From: Malacoraja senta
Lineage: Eukaryota
NCBI GenBank assembly: GCA_038087875.1
Contig: CM075989.1
Location: 3,596,001-3,660,000 of the forward strand
Length of the DNA: 64,000 bases
Reading direction: 5' to 3'
Made by a program: the position numbers and the translations under genes. Positions 37,960 to 49,398 of this stretch are shown in pieces (within the stretch, counting starts at the first letter, position 1; every line of letters starts with the position of its first letter). Below the pieces are notes generated by a model. It had not been told where the DNA came from, did not search any database, and was given only the letters and a program-made list of their open reading frames with translations.

Positions 37960-38700
37960 AACGGTACAACACAAGAACGAACCCTTTGGACCACAATATC
38001 TGGGCTGAATATGATGCCAAGAACAAATCTCATCCACCTGCGATTGATCCATATCCTTCCATTCAGTGCATATCCATTTGCCTATCCAATATCGTCTTAA
38101 ATGCCTCAATAGTATCTGCCTCACCCACTAACCCAGGCACTCACCAGCCTCTCTGTAAAAAAAGTTTCCTCCCACATCTTCTTTAAACCTTGCCCGTCTC
38201 ACTTTTAAAGCTATTCCTTCTCGTATTTGATTTTTCCATCCTGGGAAAAAGGTTCTAACTGTTTACCCGATCTATGCCTCTCATAATTCGATATACTTCT
38301 ATCAGGTCTGCCCTCAACCTACAACATTCTGGAGAAAACAATCCAAGTGTGTCCAACCTTTCCCTGTAGCCAATACCCCATAATCCAGTGGATTCTGGTG
38401 AAGATCTAGGACTGACATGAGGAAAAACATTCTCATCCAGAGAGATGTGAATCTGTGGAATTTTCTGCCTCAGAAGACAGTGGAAGCCAATTAATTGGAT
38501 GCATTCAAGAGTGAGTTGGATTTAACTCTTAGGGCTAAATGAATCAGGGGATATAGGGAGAAAGCAGGAACGGGGTACTGATTCTGGATGATCAGCCATG
38601 ATCATATTGAATGGCAGTGGTAGCTCGACTATTTTCTACCTTTTGAACCTCCTCTGCACCCCTTCCAAAGCCTCCACATCCTTCTTGTAATGGGTTTATC
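37960..38700. mobile_element. Nested CR1 3' fragments (minus-strand host, plus-strand insert at about 38405-38640)
   Basis: CR1 ORF2 C-terminus and 3' UTR similarity on both strands. Confidence 0.7.
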
Positions 38701-40049
38701 ACAACACCATACAACACTCCAAAAGCTGCAAGCGCACCATATGCCTTCTTCCCCGTTCCAGTGCACATGCCGTGCACTTATTTTCTGTGAATCCCTTGCA
38801 ATCGGTTTCAAGGTTGGAAAAAATGTTCCTGTTTTCTGTCAATATTTCAGAGAAGGCATAAGTAAAAGGTGAGTAACACAAACACGAGAACGGAAAGGAG
38901 GGAAATAATGAACACGGAGAATGCAAACTAACATGTTACTCGAGAGATGGAACACCCAGCGTATTTGTACTTGTTAAAGTAAAGTGTAATTGAAGGTTCA
39001 CCAGATGAGCAAAATCTACTTCCAGTAAATTCAATTCTCTTCTTGACTATAACGACTATACTGAATATCTCCTCCATTGAGCAGAGCTAAAAAGTCACCC
39101 ACTCCTTCTCTTGAGTGATGCTGCCTGTCCCGCAGTTACTCCAGTTTTTTTGTGTAAACCAGCATCTGCAGTTCTTTCCTGCACATTCATCCCTGTTAGT
39201 CTGTGGCCAATATCTACCATCAAACTCCTGAGGTGTCAACTCAGTGGCGCCTTTGCAAGAAACACACAGATGCAGGGGGGAGGGTAGTTGGCGGAGTTAT
39301 TTGAAAGTTCGTCCATGCAACAATATTATCGGGTATTTCTCGGAATCTCGAGTTATAAACTGTTTGCGACTAAAAGCAGCGATGACTCAGAGGAAACAAG
39401 CCAACTAGACTCGTTGTCAGGGACAACAGAAAGCGAGCACGAATGTGAATAAAACAATGAGTAAGGATTAATATTATGCAACGCTGTACTTTATATCAGC
39501 CAGTTGAAAGGTGCCAAAGAATTTTTCTTTGCGGTGAACTCAACGACGTGAACTCAACGACCGGGAAGTTCAGATCAGTAAGTACCAGATATTTGTTGCA
39601 GAAGACAAAATGTCACGTCGACTACCTTATATTATTAAATAAACGGTTTAGCTTCGGGATCTTTCTTGATAATTTAGCAGAACTGCTCAAGTGAAAAATA
39701 CTAGATATTGTTGGTTGCAGAATTGGGAGTTAAATCGGAATTCGGAAGGAAGGTCCCTACACAAAACGTCACCTATCTCTGTTCTCCACAGATGCTGCCT
39801 AACATGCTGAGTTACACCAGTACTTGGTGTTCTACGTAAGCAGTTCCTCGAGTCTCCACAATTCTTCGATTTTTTGCATTAGATTAGCACGCAACTTCCG
39901 TTTCTAACCTCACTGGCCTGCGGTTTTAAGGACTCAGTTTTATCAGTCATCATGGTTAGAAACAAGTGCATCTTGTGTATTCTTCGGCAGAACTGGGAAA
40001 GTGAGAGCTTTCTTCTGTCTCGTTCAGGATCACACATAGTGTGTCGCAG

Positions 40050-41152
40050 TGTATGCAGTGGCGCAGCGGTAGAGTTGATGCCTCACAGCGCCAGGATCCC
40101 GGGTTCGATCCTGTCTATGGGTGCTGTCCTTACAATTTGTACGTTCTCCCTTATGACCACGTGGGTTTTCACCCACACTCCAAAGATGTACAGGTTTGTA
40201 GGCTAATCGGCTTGGTAACATTGTAAATGATCCCTTGTGTTAGTGTGTGGGGATCGCTGGTCCCACCTGGGGCGCCGTCGAGTATGGCCGCCCTGCCAGC
40301 AGTCTTTTCACCCTTTTTTTATTTTTAGCTAGTTAAAAGTGTTTATTTTTGGAGGTCTTTTAGTCTTTTTATGTGGGGGGGTAAAGGGGGAAACTATTTT
40401 ATCAGTACCTACCTGGTCGGAGATGCGGCTTTTCTCCGAGCCGTATCTTCGCCCCTTCCTCGCGGCCTACCGGCAGACTGGAGCGGCGTTTTGCTGCCGG
40501 GACCGGCCAGGACTTCAGCTTCGGCGGTGGCACAGCGCTGAAGTACCATCGCGGAACGGGCGATGCCTAACCCGGGTCGCCGGGCAGTAAGCTCCGGAGT
40601 GCTGTGGCCGCCGGCTCCAACATCGCGGAGCTGCGGTCTGTGGTCTGCGGAGCTTCCAGCCGCGGGCGGCGCTGATCCCTAAACACCGCGGAGCCTGGGA
40701 TCTCACGACGAGGTCGCCAGAGTCGGATCTCCGACCAGCGCGGCTCGTGGACTTCGGGAGCCGCGGTCTCCTGGGAGGAAGCGGCCGCTCCAGACACTCC
40801 GGGCCGCTGAGAGTGTTCACCCGACGCCGGAGCTTCATCATCCGGCGAGAAGGCCTGAAGCATCGGGCTGCCGTATCGGCGACTGCAAGGGCCTCAATAG
40901 GCCCCGACTATGGGTGAACTGGGGATAGGACTGGACTTTGCTGCCTTCCCCCACAGTGGGAACCATTGTGGGGGGATGTTTATGTTTACTGTTAAATTCT
41001 TTAATGTTGAGTTATCTTTATTTGTGTGCTGCATGGCAAGTCAAATTTCACTACACCAATTGGTGTATGTGACATTAAATGTCCTTTGTCCTTTGGTCGA
41101 CGTAGACTCGGTGCCCCAAAGGACCTGTTTCTGGGCTGTATCGCTAAACTTT
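40050..41152 (+). mobile_element. HE1-like SINE split by an 831-bp insertion
   Basis: GGGATCGCTGGTC|...|GACGTAGACTCGGTG continuity across the insertion. Confidence 0.8.
40263..41093 (+). mobile_element. Non-coding GC-rich non-autonomous retroposon with Rex1-like 3' tail
   Basis: TSD TGGTC (40258-40262, 41094-41098); 3' end AATTTCACTACACCAATTGGTGTATGTGACATTAAAT(GTCCTTT)2. Confidence 0.7.
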
Positions 41153-41419
41153 AGTCACCACATCATCAGTCCATCTACACATCACACTGCCTCGGAAAAG
41201 CAGCCAACATAATCAAACACTTGTCCCACCCCGCTTCTCTCTGCTTCTGTCCGGCTGAAGGTGCAGATGTTTGAAAGCGCGTACCAACAGACACAGGAAC
41301 AACTGCTTCCCTCCTGTTATCAGGCTTCTGAACAGTTCCTTCATAAGCCAGAGGTCTGATTCACCTCTACACGTTGTAAACATTGGACTTTGTCAATGGA
41401 ACTAATGCATTACTAATCA

Positions 41420-41995
41420 GTTGTATAGGGCTCTGGTGAGACCACATCTGGAGTATTGTGTTCAGTTTTGGTCTTCTAATTTGAGGAAGGACATTCTTGT
41501 GATTGAGGCAGTGCAGCGTAGTTCACGAGATTGATCCCTGGGATGGCGGGACTGTCATATGAGGAAAGATTGAAAAGACTAGGTTTGTATTCACTGGAGT
41601 TTAGAAGGATGAGGGGGTATCTTATAGAAACATATAAAATTATATAAGGACTGGACAAGCTAGATGCAGGAAAAATGTTCCCAATGTTGGGTGAGTCCAG
41701 AACCAGGGGTCACAGTCTTAGAATAAAGGGGAGGTAATTTAAGACTGAGGTGAGAAAAAACGTTTTCACCCAGAGTTGTGAATTTATGGAATTCCCTGCC
41801 ACAGAGGGCAGTGGAGGCCAAATCACTAGATGGATTTAAGAGAGAGTTAGATAGAGCTCTGGGGGCTAGTGGAATCAAGGGATATGGGGAGATTGATAGG
41901 GGACGATCAGCCATGATCACAATGAATGGCGGTGCTGGCTCGAAGGGCCGAATGGCCTCGTCCTGCACCTATTTTCTAAGTTTCTGTTTCTATGT
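41420..41995 (+). mobile_element. CR1 3' fragment nested in an older Rex1-type 3' remnant (about 41160-42170)
   Basis: Very similar to the reverse complement of 26989-27590; NLWNSLPQRAVEA. Confidence 0.88.
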
Positions 41996-42901
41996 TACAA
42001 TTCTGAGAACAATGTTATGCACTATGTACCTTCCCTCTTATTGATTGCACTTTGTTTGAATTGATTGTATTTAAGAATTGTATACCTGATCTGATATGGG
42101 TAGCATTCAAAACAAAGATATGCACTGCACATCGTACATGTGTCAATAATAAACCTAAACATTAAACTAAACAACATATCTTCCGCAATACCTGTTCCAC
42201 AACTTTCTGGTGTGTTTATCTTTAGCCACCTCCCCTGTTTATGAATGGTAATATTTCAGGTACAAGGTGGCCATCTTTGCAGCTCATCTTTACAGTCATT
42301 CCCTCTTTGTGGTTTAACCATACCCCTCTACATTCAGCATAAACAGAGGATGCTGTGCTCCGACTGCAGTCCTGTTGCAAATGCCTCTGAATGTTGTGGG
42401 TTGTGTAATGCTGGTGTCTCCCATTCTCACCCCGAGAGGATGAGATGGACAATCGTTACAGAGCACCACAAATCAGCAAACGACCCAGCGGCCAAGTCAT
42501 TGTGGTGGAAGTTGTGATTCTCTGATCATTCTGTGTGGAGACGTCGGACGCTAGGAGTGCGCCGGGTTAAACCAGGATATTGCCACCAGCGCCTTCAAGT
42601 TCGGCTGCAGGAGGAACCCCCAAGACAACAATGGAGAGGAATGTTGGTTCATGCGAAATGTTCCAGTATATTGGGGAGCACAGTGACGCAGCAGCAGTGT
42701 TGCTGCCTTCCAGCGCCAGAGACCTGGGTTTGATCCTGGCTACGTGTGCTGTCTGTACGGAGTTTGTGCGTATTCCCCGTGACCAGCGAGTGTTTTCTCC
42801 GAGGTTCGGTTTCTTCCCACACTCCGAAAATGTACAGGTTAGTAGGTTAATTGGCTTGGTCTAAGTGTAAATTGTCCATAGTGTGTGTAGGATAGTGTTA
42901 A

Positions 42902-43219
42902 AGCCCTGTTCCACTGCACGAGTTCATTCAAAGAGTTCTTTCGAGTTTGCCCTGATTCGAACTCGGAGATTTACAGTAATGGCCGCTCGTCGGTGCTCGG
43001 GGCTCTCGTGGACATTTTTCAACATGTTGAAAAATCTTCACGAGTCTTCCCGAGCTTACCGCGTTTCCCGAGTACCTGTCGTTAGCGTTACGAGCCGCTA
43101 AGGGACGTCCCCAAGCTCCGACGTACCCGCTACGTTCATTCTACGTGCATATCACGAGTTTGATTTATTTTAAATTCGGGGGAGCACTTGAATGAACTCG
43201 TACAGTGGGACAGGGACAT
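42902..43219. mobile_element. PIF/Harbinger-type MITE inside a plus-strand SINE (about 42675-43250)
   Basis: Imperfect TIRs CCCTGTTCCACTGCACGAGTTCATTCAA and TTGAATGAACTCGTACAGTGGGACAGGG; TAA duplicated in SINE sequence GATAGTGTTAATGTGCGGGG. Confidence 0.82.
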
Positions 43220-43566
43220 TAATGTGCGGGGATCGCTGGTGGGTGCGGATTCAGAGCAGGTCGTTGAGGCTGGGACTATAGCAACGTTGAAGAAACAATT
43301 AGACAAATACATGGATAGGACAGGTTTAGTGGGATATGGGCCAAACGCACGAGGGTGGGACTAGTGTAGTTGGTCGGTGTGGGTAAGTTGGACCGAAGGT
43401 CCTGTTTCCATACTGTATGACTCTATGACACACATTTGATTTGGTTAATGTAATGTCAATGAAACACACAGCTGTTTCTAAAATTTTGTTTTTTGCCAAT
43501 GTATGTTGCTTACTAACGTGTCTGATCAATTCTGCACCAGGATCGGTACTATTTTCTATTTCCAGC

Positions 43567-44786
43567 ATGGGTAATCCTGGATGGAAAGGCAGATTTGTAA
43601 TTGTTCTTTGCGTCACCATCACCTTGTCTTGTCCAATTACCCAAGCAGCTAGAATACTGATCGTGCCTGTTGATGGGAGTCACTGGATCAATATGAAATG
43701 TTTGATAGAAGAGCTGAACCTTCATGGCCACAGCATCACTGTGCTCAGTCAGTCAACGTCCTGGTATATCAAAGAGAGCCCAGATTAGTATCAATCCATT
43801 ATAATTCAAATGCCAAGAGAATCTGAAAATTACAACCTGATGGAAAATATTGTACAAATAACATTAGAAAACTTACAGAAAGGCTCGACAGTCTGGGACA
43901 AAATTAATCTCCAATATGAAATGTTGATGTTTATGTTTGAGTATCATCAATAGGTGAAAGAGATAATCAAAGCATTATTCGAAAACAATAGCTCGTTGAA
44001 CCAACTTGAAAATGCAAATTTTGTGTTAGTACTTACAGATCCGGCATTTGGTATGGGTTCAATGCTTGCTTATTATTTAAAACTGCCGCTGGTGCCGATG
44101 GCAGGTTGGTGGGGAAGGTCATTTACTCACTGCCCCCTCACCACCGTCCTACATCCCATGCACTGGCTCACATTTGACAGACAAAATGAATATTCTCCAA
44201 AGAACACAAAATGTCCTGCAAACTCTTAATGAGTTGCTGATTGTAGAGTTTTTGATACTTAATGAAATCTGCCATCAGTATCTGGGACCAGACACGGACA
44301 TCAAGTCGATTCTCCTCAGAGCTGATGTGTGGCTGATGAGGGTGGATTTTGTGTTTGAATTCCCAAGACCCACCATGCCAAACATTGTGTACATCGGAGG
44401 CTTCCAGTGTAAGCAGAGTTTGAGGAGTTTGTCCAAAGTTCAGGGAAACATGAGCTCGAATCCCGAGGAGCAGCAAAAGTGATCAACATTGCAAGTGATA
44501 AACGGCACATCTTATGGGGACAACATGAAGAGACTCTCCGCTCTCCATCGGGACCAGCCAGAGTCGCCAATGGAGAGAGCCGTTATCTGGGTTGAGTACG
44601 TTGCCCGACACAAAGGAGCGGGGCATTTGCGCTCAGAATCCCACCGACTCCTCTGGTACGCTCACTATTGTGTAGATGTGATGATCTTTCTGTTGTCTGT
44701 GTTACTCCTGCTCACTGTGCTGGTGGTTGGAACACTGAAGAAAGTTTGTCGTGATGTTTTTTAAGAAAAAACAAAAGACGGAGTGA
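43567..44786 (+). pseudogene. UDP-glucuronosyltransferase pseudogene 1 (single coding exon, UGT5-type)
   Basis: Signal peptide plus ILIVPVDGSHWINM; LTDP; DVWLMRVDFVFEFPRPTMPNIVYIGGFQC; LHRDQPESPMERAVIWVEYVARHKGAGHLR; TM helix and KKQKTE tail. Stops at 43786 and 43951, frameshifts, and deletion of the UDP-sugar-binding signature near 44455. Confidence 0.93.
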
Positions 44787-47039
44787 GATTTTTCCCTTGG
44801 TAGATTTTGTTCTTTCAAATTAATCAAATAAAGTTTTTCAAGCCTTTGATCCACGGAGTCTCCTTTCCACAAAACATTGATTCAATATGTGGTAATAAAA
44901 GCCAGAAATGTGAGTGAAATAATAACATTTGTGCATTGATATGCAGATGAAAAGTGTAATTAGCTGAACCTCATTTTCCTGAAGCCTTAAATTTACTGAC
45001 AGTTATTCACAATTAAGTTACCTTTGGTTATCTGGGCACAAACCTTTGGGATTCACTGACAGAGTGGACCTTTACTGCACTATTCTCTCTTCCAGTCAAT
45101 CATGCCAACTCTCACTCTCAATCTGTCAGCATGTTTGCCTTCGTTCCAGTACCCCATTATTGTCATACAATACCACAGTGAGCCTCCTTTAGACTTTAGA
45201 GATACAATGTGGAAACAGACCCTTCGGCCCACTGAGTCCGCGCCTACCAGCGATCACTCCATACACTAGATAGACACAAAATGCTGGAATAACTCAGCGG
45301 GTCAGGCAGCATCACTGGAAAAAATATTAGGTGACGTTTCTAGTAAGAACCCTTCCCAGACCCCATACACTAGCATTAACCTACACATTAGGGACTATAG
45401 ACATTTTTTCAAACCGAAGCTAATTAATCTACAAGCCTGTATTTGGAGGGTTGGAGGAAATCGAAGCACCTGGAGAAAACCGCATCACAGCGCACTCGTC
45501 ACTCTTCACTCTCCTCCATAACCTTTATGTGATGTGGTGACCAGAAATGCACACAATAATCTAAATGTGGCCAAGGCAAAGTGATATACAAAATGAATTG
45601 GAACTTTCTGTACTCAATGCCCCTACAGATGAAGGCAAGCTTGCCTTATGCCGTCCTCACTACCCTCCCCACTTGTGTTGTTACATTCAGGATGCAATGG
45701 ATTTCAAACCAAGATCTCTCTGTATCACAGTGCCCCTAAGCATTCATGCCATTAACTTTAGTTCAGTTTAGTTTTGAGATACCACGCGGAAACAGGCCCT
45801 TCAACCCACCGAGTCCACTCCGGCCAGCGATCACCGCGCACGAACACTAGCTTGCACACACTATGGACACACCGGTCACAGGGAGAACGTATAAACTCCG
45901 AGGCAACAAATCAACTGAATTTGACCTTGCCAACAAAAAAATATTGCCAACCAAACATGTTATGCAGCTCGGAATGAAAAATAAACGCATCAAAGCAAAC
46001 ATTACTCAACCAAAGCTCTTCTGAGACTTTGTCCCCATCAACTGAAAATCGTTGATCACTTTCCCGTGATTGAAATCTCAGCGACATTGGAAAGGAAACT
46101 TCCATCGCGATTGTATTTACCAAATTAAGTTTCATACTTGCGGTTATTTTTAGAAACAGTTTGGGGAGGGGGGGGGGGGGTACTTCGGTGTTGTATTTGT
46201 CCGTTATGTTACTCGCGGACAAGTGAGCAAGGTGTGAGGGGGCCGGCGTTTTGTTTTCTTGCGGGGACTGGAAGCGGTCGCAGAGTCCCAGGCTCCAGTG
46301 AAGGAGATTGTTTCACTGGTAATTCAGCAGCGGGTGAAGGCACTGCAGCCGCGGGTTGAAGTCCCATCGCAGTCACATCTTTCTGACATTCAGATAACAT
46401 CGAATTCACTGATACCCAAGGTATGTAAATCGAAAACACTTCCCAATTCTCCACCATCTCGGTGTTGTATCAATGCATGCTTTCTATTTACAGTTTCGGC
46501 AACGAATAGGAATATTTAATTTTTTTAAATCTTGAACAAACTTGCCGAGAGCTTATTTTTTTCATACTCGATATTATCTAAACACATATATTTTGTATCC
46601 TCCATACACACACATTTCTACTCCCCAGATTTCACTCAATAGTCAATATTCCAAATCCATTAATCCATTCCCGGCCCATTTGACTGTTTTTGCTTTTACT
46701 TGCACATGTTTTGTCTGAAGAAGTATCTCGAGCTGTACATTTTCTCCAGAGATGTTACCTGGCCCGCTGAGATACTCCAACTGTTTGTGTCTATCCCATG
46801 TTTTGTTGCGGGCTTCACATACACACTTGCGTTTGTTGCAGTGTTCGCCTGATCTCCGATGAAGAATGAGAGCTGTTTTAACGATCCCGATTAGGGTGAT
46901 GCTGCTGTAAACTAGCTTAATCGCTAAACCACTTCATCCAACCGTGCTGAGTCCATGCGCCAGCTCTCACACCTACGCATTGGCCATGAGGGCACAGACT
47001 CAAGCACAGACTCCAATGTTACAGTTCCCTAATCCCGTA

Positions 47040-47285
47040 CAATTTGTTTCCTTGATATCCGTCCCCTTTGATGCCCCCTTTTTCACAGCTTACACTTCCA
47101 TCATTACGTTTTTGCATATCTCAAATTCATTAGTTCTATATCGCTCTATATACCGTCTCCTGTCTCCCTCTTCCGTGACTCTCAGTCTAAAGAAGGGTCT
47201 CGACCGGAAACGTCACCCATTCCTTCTCTCCAGAGATGCTGCCTGTCCCGCTGAGTTACTCCAGTATTTTGCGCTTGCCTTCATC
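47040..47285 (+). mobile_element. Penelope-like pLTR fragment
   Basis: Homologous to 2280-2480, including GAAGGGTCTCGACCGGAAACGTCACC. Confidence 0.75.
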
Positions 47286-47375
47286 CTAAAATCCACAAAC
47301 AGGACTGCCCTGGCAGACCCATTGTTTCTGCCTGCTCCTGTCCCACAGATCTCATCTCCAAATTCCACAATTCAG

Positions 47376-47659
47376 GGGCGGCACGGTGATGCAGCGGTAG
47401 AGTTGCTGCCTCACAGCGCCAAAGACCTGACTATGGGTGCAGTCTGTACGGATTGCACGTTCTTCCCGTGACCTGAGTGGTTTCCTTCTACCCTCCAAAG
47501 ACGTTCAGGTTTGGAGGTTAATTGGCATGGTAACATTCTAAATTGTCCCTAATGTGTGTGGGATAGTGTTAGCGTGCGGGGATCGCTGGTCGGCATGGAA
47601 TCGGTGGGCCGAAGGGCCTGTTTCCGTGCTTTATCTCTGAACTAAACTAAATTAAACTA
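47376..47659 (+). mobile_element. HE1-like V-SINE
   Basis: tRNA head, V-domain and (CTAAA)n tail. Confidence 0.85.
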
Positions 47660-47940
47660 CCTTGTCCCCCCTTGTCCAGTCCCTTCCGACTTACATCCGA
47701 GACACCTCACAAGCTCGTCAACACTTTAATAACTTTCAATTCCTAGGTCCCCATTGCCCCAGCATGGACGATCAGTACATTCCACCGTTCCCCACTAGGA
47801 GGGGCTCAGGGCCCTTATGGTCTTCCTTGAACAGGAACTAAATCGGTTCTCCTCTGCACTCTCCTCCACCTTCCGAAATCTGTCCTCACCCTCAACAATC
47901 TCTCTGTTGACTCCTCTCACTTTCTTCATGTCTCATGTTT

Positions 47941-48222
47941 GGCACGGCGGCACAGTGAGGTAGCGGTAGAGTTACTGGCTGACAGCGACAGAGACCCGGG
48001 TTCAATCCTGACTACGGGTGCTGTTTGTACGTTCTCCCTGTGACCTGGGTAGGTTTTCCCCGCATGCTCCGGTTTCCTCCCGCACGTGCAGGTTTGTAGG
48101 ATTCATTGGCTTCTGCAAAATGTGAATTGTCCAGAGTGTGGAGGATAGCGCTAGTGTACGGCGTGATCACTGGTCGGCGTGGCCTCGGTGGACTGATGGG
48201 CCTGTTTCCACGCTGACTCTCT
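47941..48222 (+). mobile_element. HE1-like V-SINE
   Basis: tRNA head with GGGTTCAATCC B box, V-domain and tail. Confidence 0.82.
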
Positions 48223-48950
48223 TAAGTCTATTGGTACTCGCATGGATTACAGCTGTGCCTGTTTTGTCAAATAGTCCTTGAACCAGGCGTACACTGGCAC
48301 CATCCCCAACTCTTTCTCCACATTGACGACAGCATCGAGGCTGCCTCCCCCACCCATGCAGAACTCGAGATGCTGCCTGTCCCGCTGAGTTACTCCAGCA
48401 TTTTGTGTCCATCTTCGGAGTAAACCAGCATCTGCAGTTCCTTCCTAACCCTATTGTTCACAGCAGTTCTCAATCAGTGAACCCGTATGTATTTGCCGAC
48501 CAAAAGTAAAGTCAGAGCAGAACACTGTGCTGTAGCTAAATACATTTGAATGTTACAGCTGAGTAATGCAGGTGTGTCCCATTCTCACCCTGAAATGGAC
48601 AACCATTACAGGGCATCCCAAATCAGCAAAGGACCTGTTGGCCATCACAGGTCATTCTGGTGGAAGATCTGTTTCTATGATCATTCCGCTAAAACTTTTG
48701 CATCTACAAAGTTACAATTTACCATTCCACCATTGCGTGTGACACTGCTCTGTGTGTTGCAAGGTCTTGCTCCTTGAACCAGTAGAACCTGCCGTATCTG
48801 TTGTTCCATATTTCTGTTCCAACCTATCACTCTGGTTGAGTGGACTATTCCTGCTTCCAAATCATGTTTACAAAGGGGGACCCGGTGCGGGCGGGGGGGG
48901 GGGGGTGGGCTCTTTAGTTTTAGAATCCTCTGCCCAGGGAATAACCCTGC

Positions 48951-48993
48951 GTTTGTTTGTTTGTTTGTTTGTTTGTTTGTTTGTTTGTTGTTT
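48951..48993. repeat. (GTTT)n microsatellite within a short retroposon-like insert
   Basis: About 10 GTTT units. Confidence 0.9.
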
Positions 48994-49398
48994 ATTCCGG
49001 TGAAGGCGTTGTGCACACGGCAGCCAGCCAACAGTCGCTTGTCCTTTTCCTCCTTGTGCTCCTTGTGCGTTGTGACTGTTGGCAAACCAATTTCCCTCCG
49101 GCGATGAATATCATGTTATTGTATCGTACCGTGCATGTTGAGTAGGAAGGAACTGCAGATGCTGGTTTACACAGAAGATAGAAGCAAATGCTGGAGTAGC
49201 TCAGCGGGTCAGGCTGCATTTCTGGAGAAAAAGGATGGGTGATGTTTCAGGACTGAACAAGTCTGAAGGTTTCTGACCCAAAACATCACCTATTCTTGTT
49301 CTCCAGAGATACTCAGATTTTGAGTCTGAGAACAGATTCTCCTTAACTTATTGGCCGCGTAGGCCATCAATGGATATTTATAAGGCAGAGATTTATAG

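Noticed and set aside
793..48222. tRNA-like heads (GGTGGCGCAGCGGTAGAG...GGTTCGATCC) as tRNA genes
   Set aside because: They continue into a V-domain and CR1-type tail, so they are SINE heads.
39888..48739. AhR/XRE-like heptamers (CACGCAA at 39888, TTGCGTG at 48733) and AP-1-like TGACTCA (about 39384) upstream of the UGT copies
   Set aside because: Isolated 7-mers are expected by chance in 64 kb, and they are not at homologous positions.
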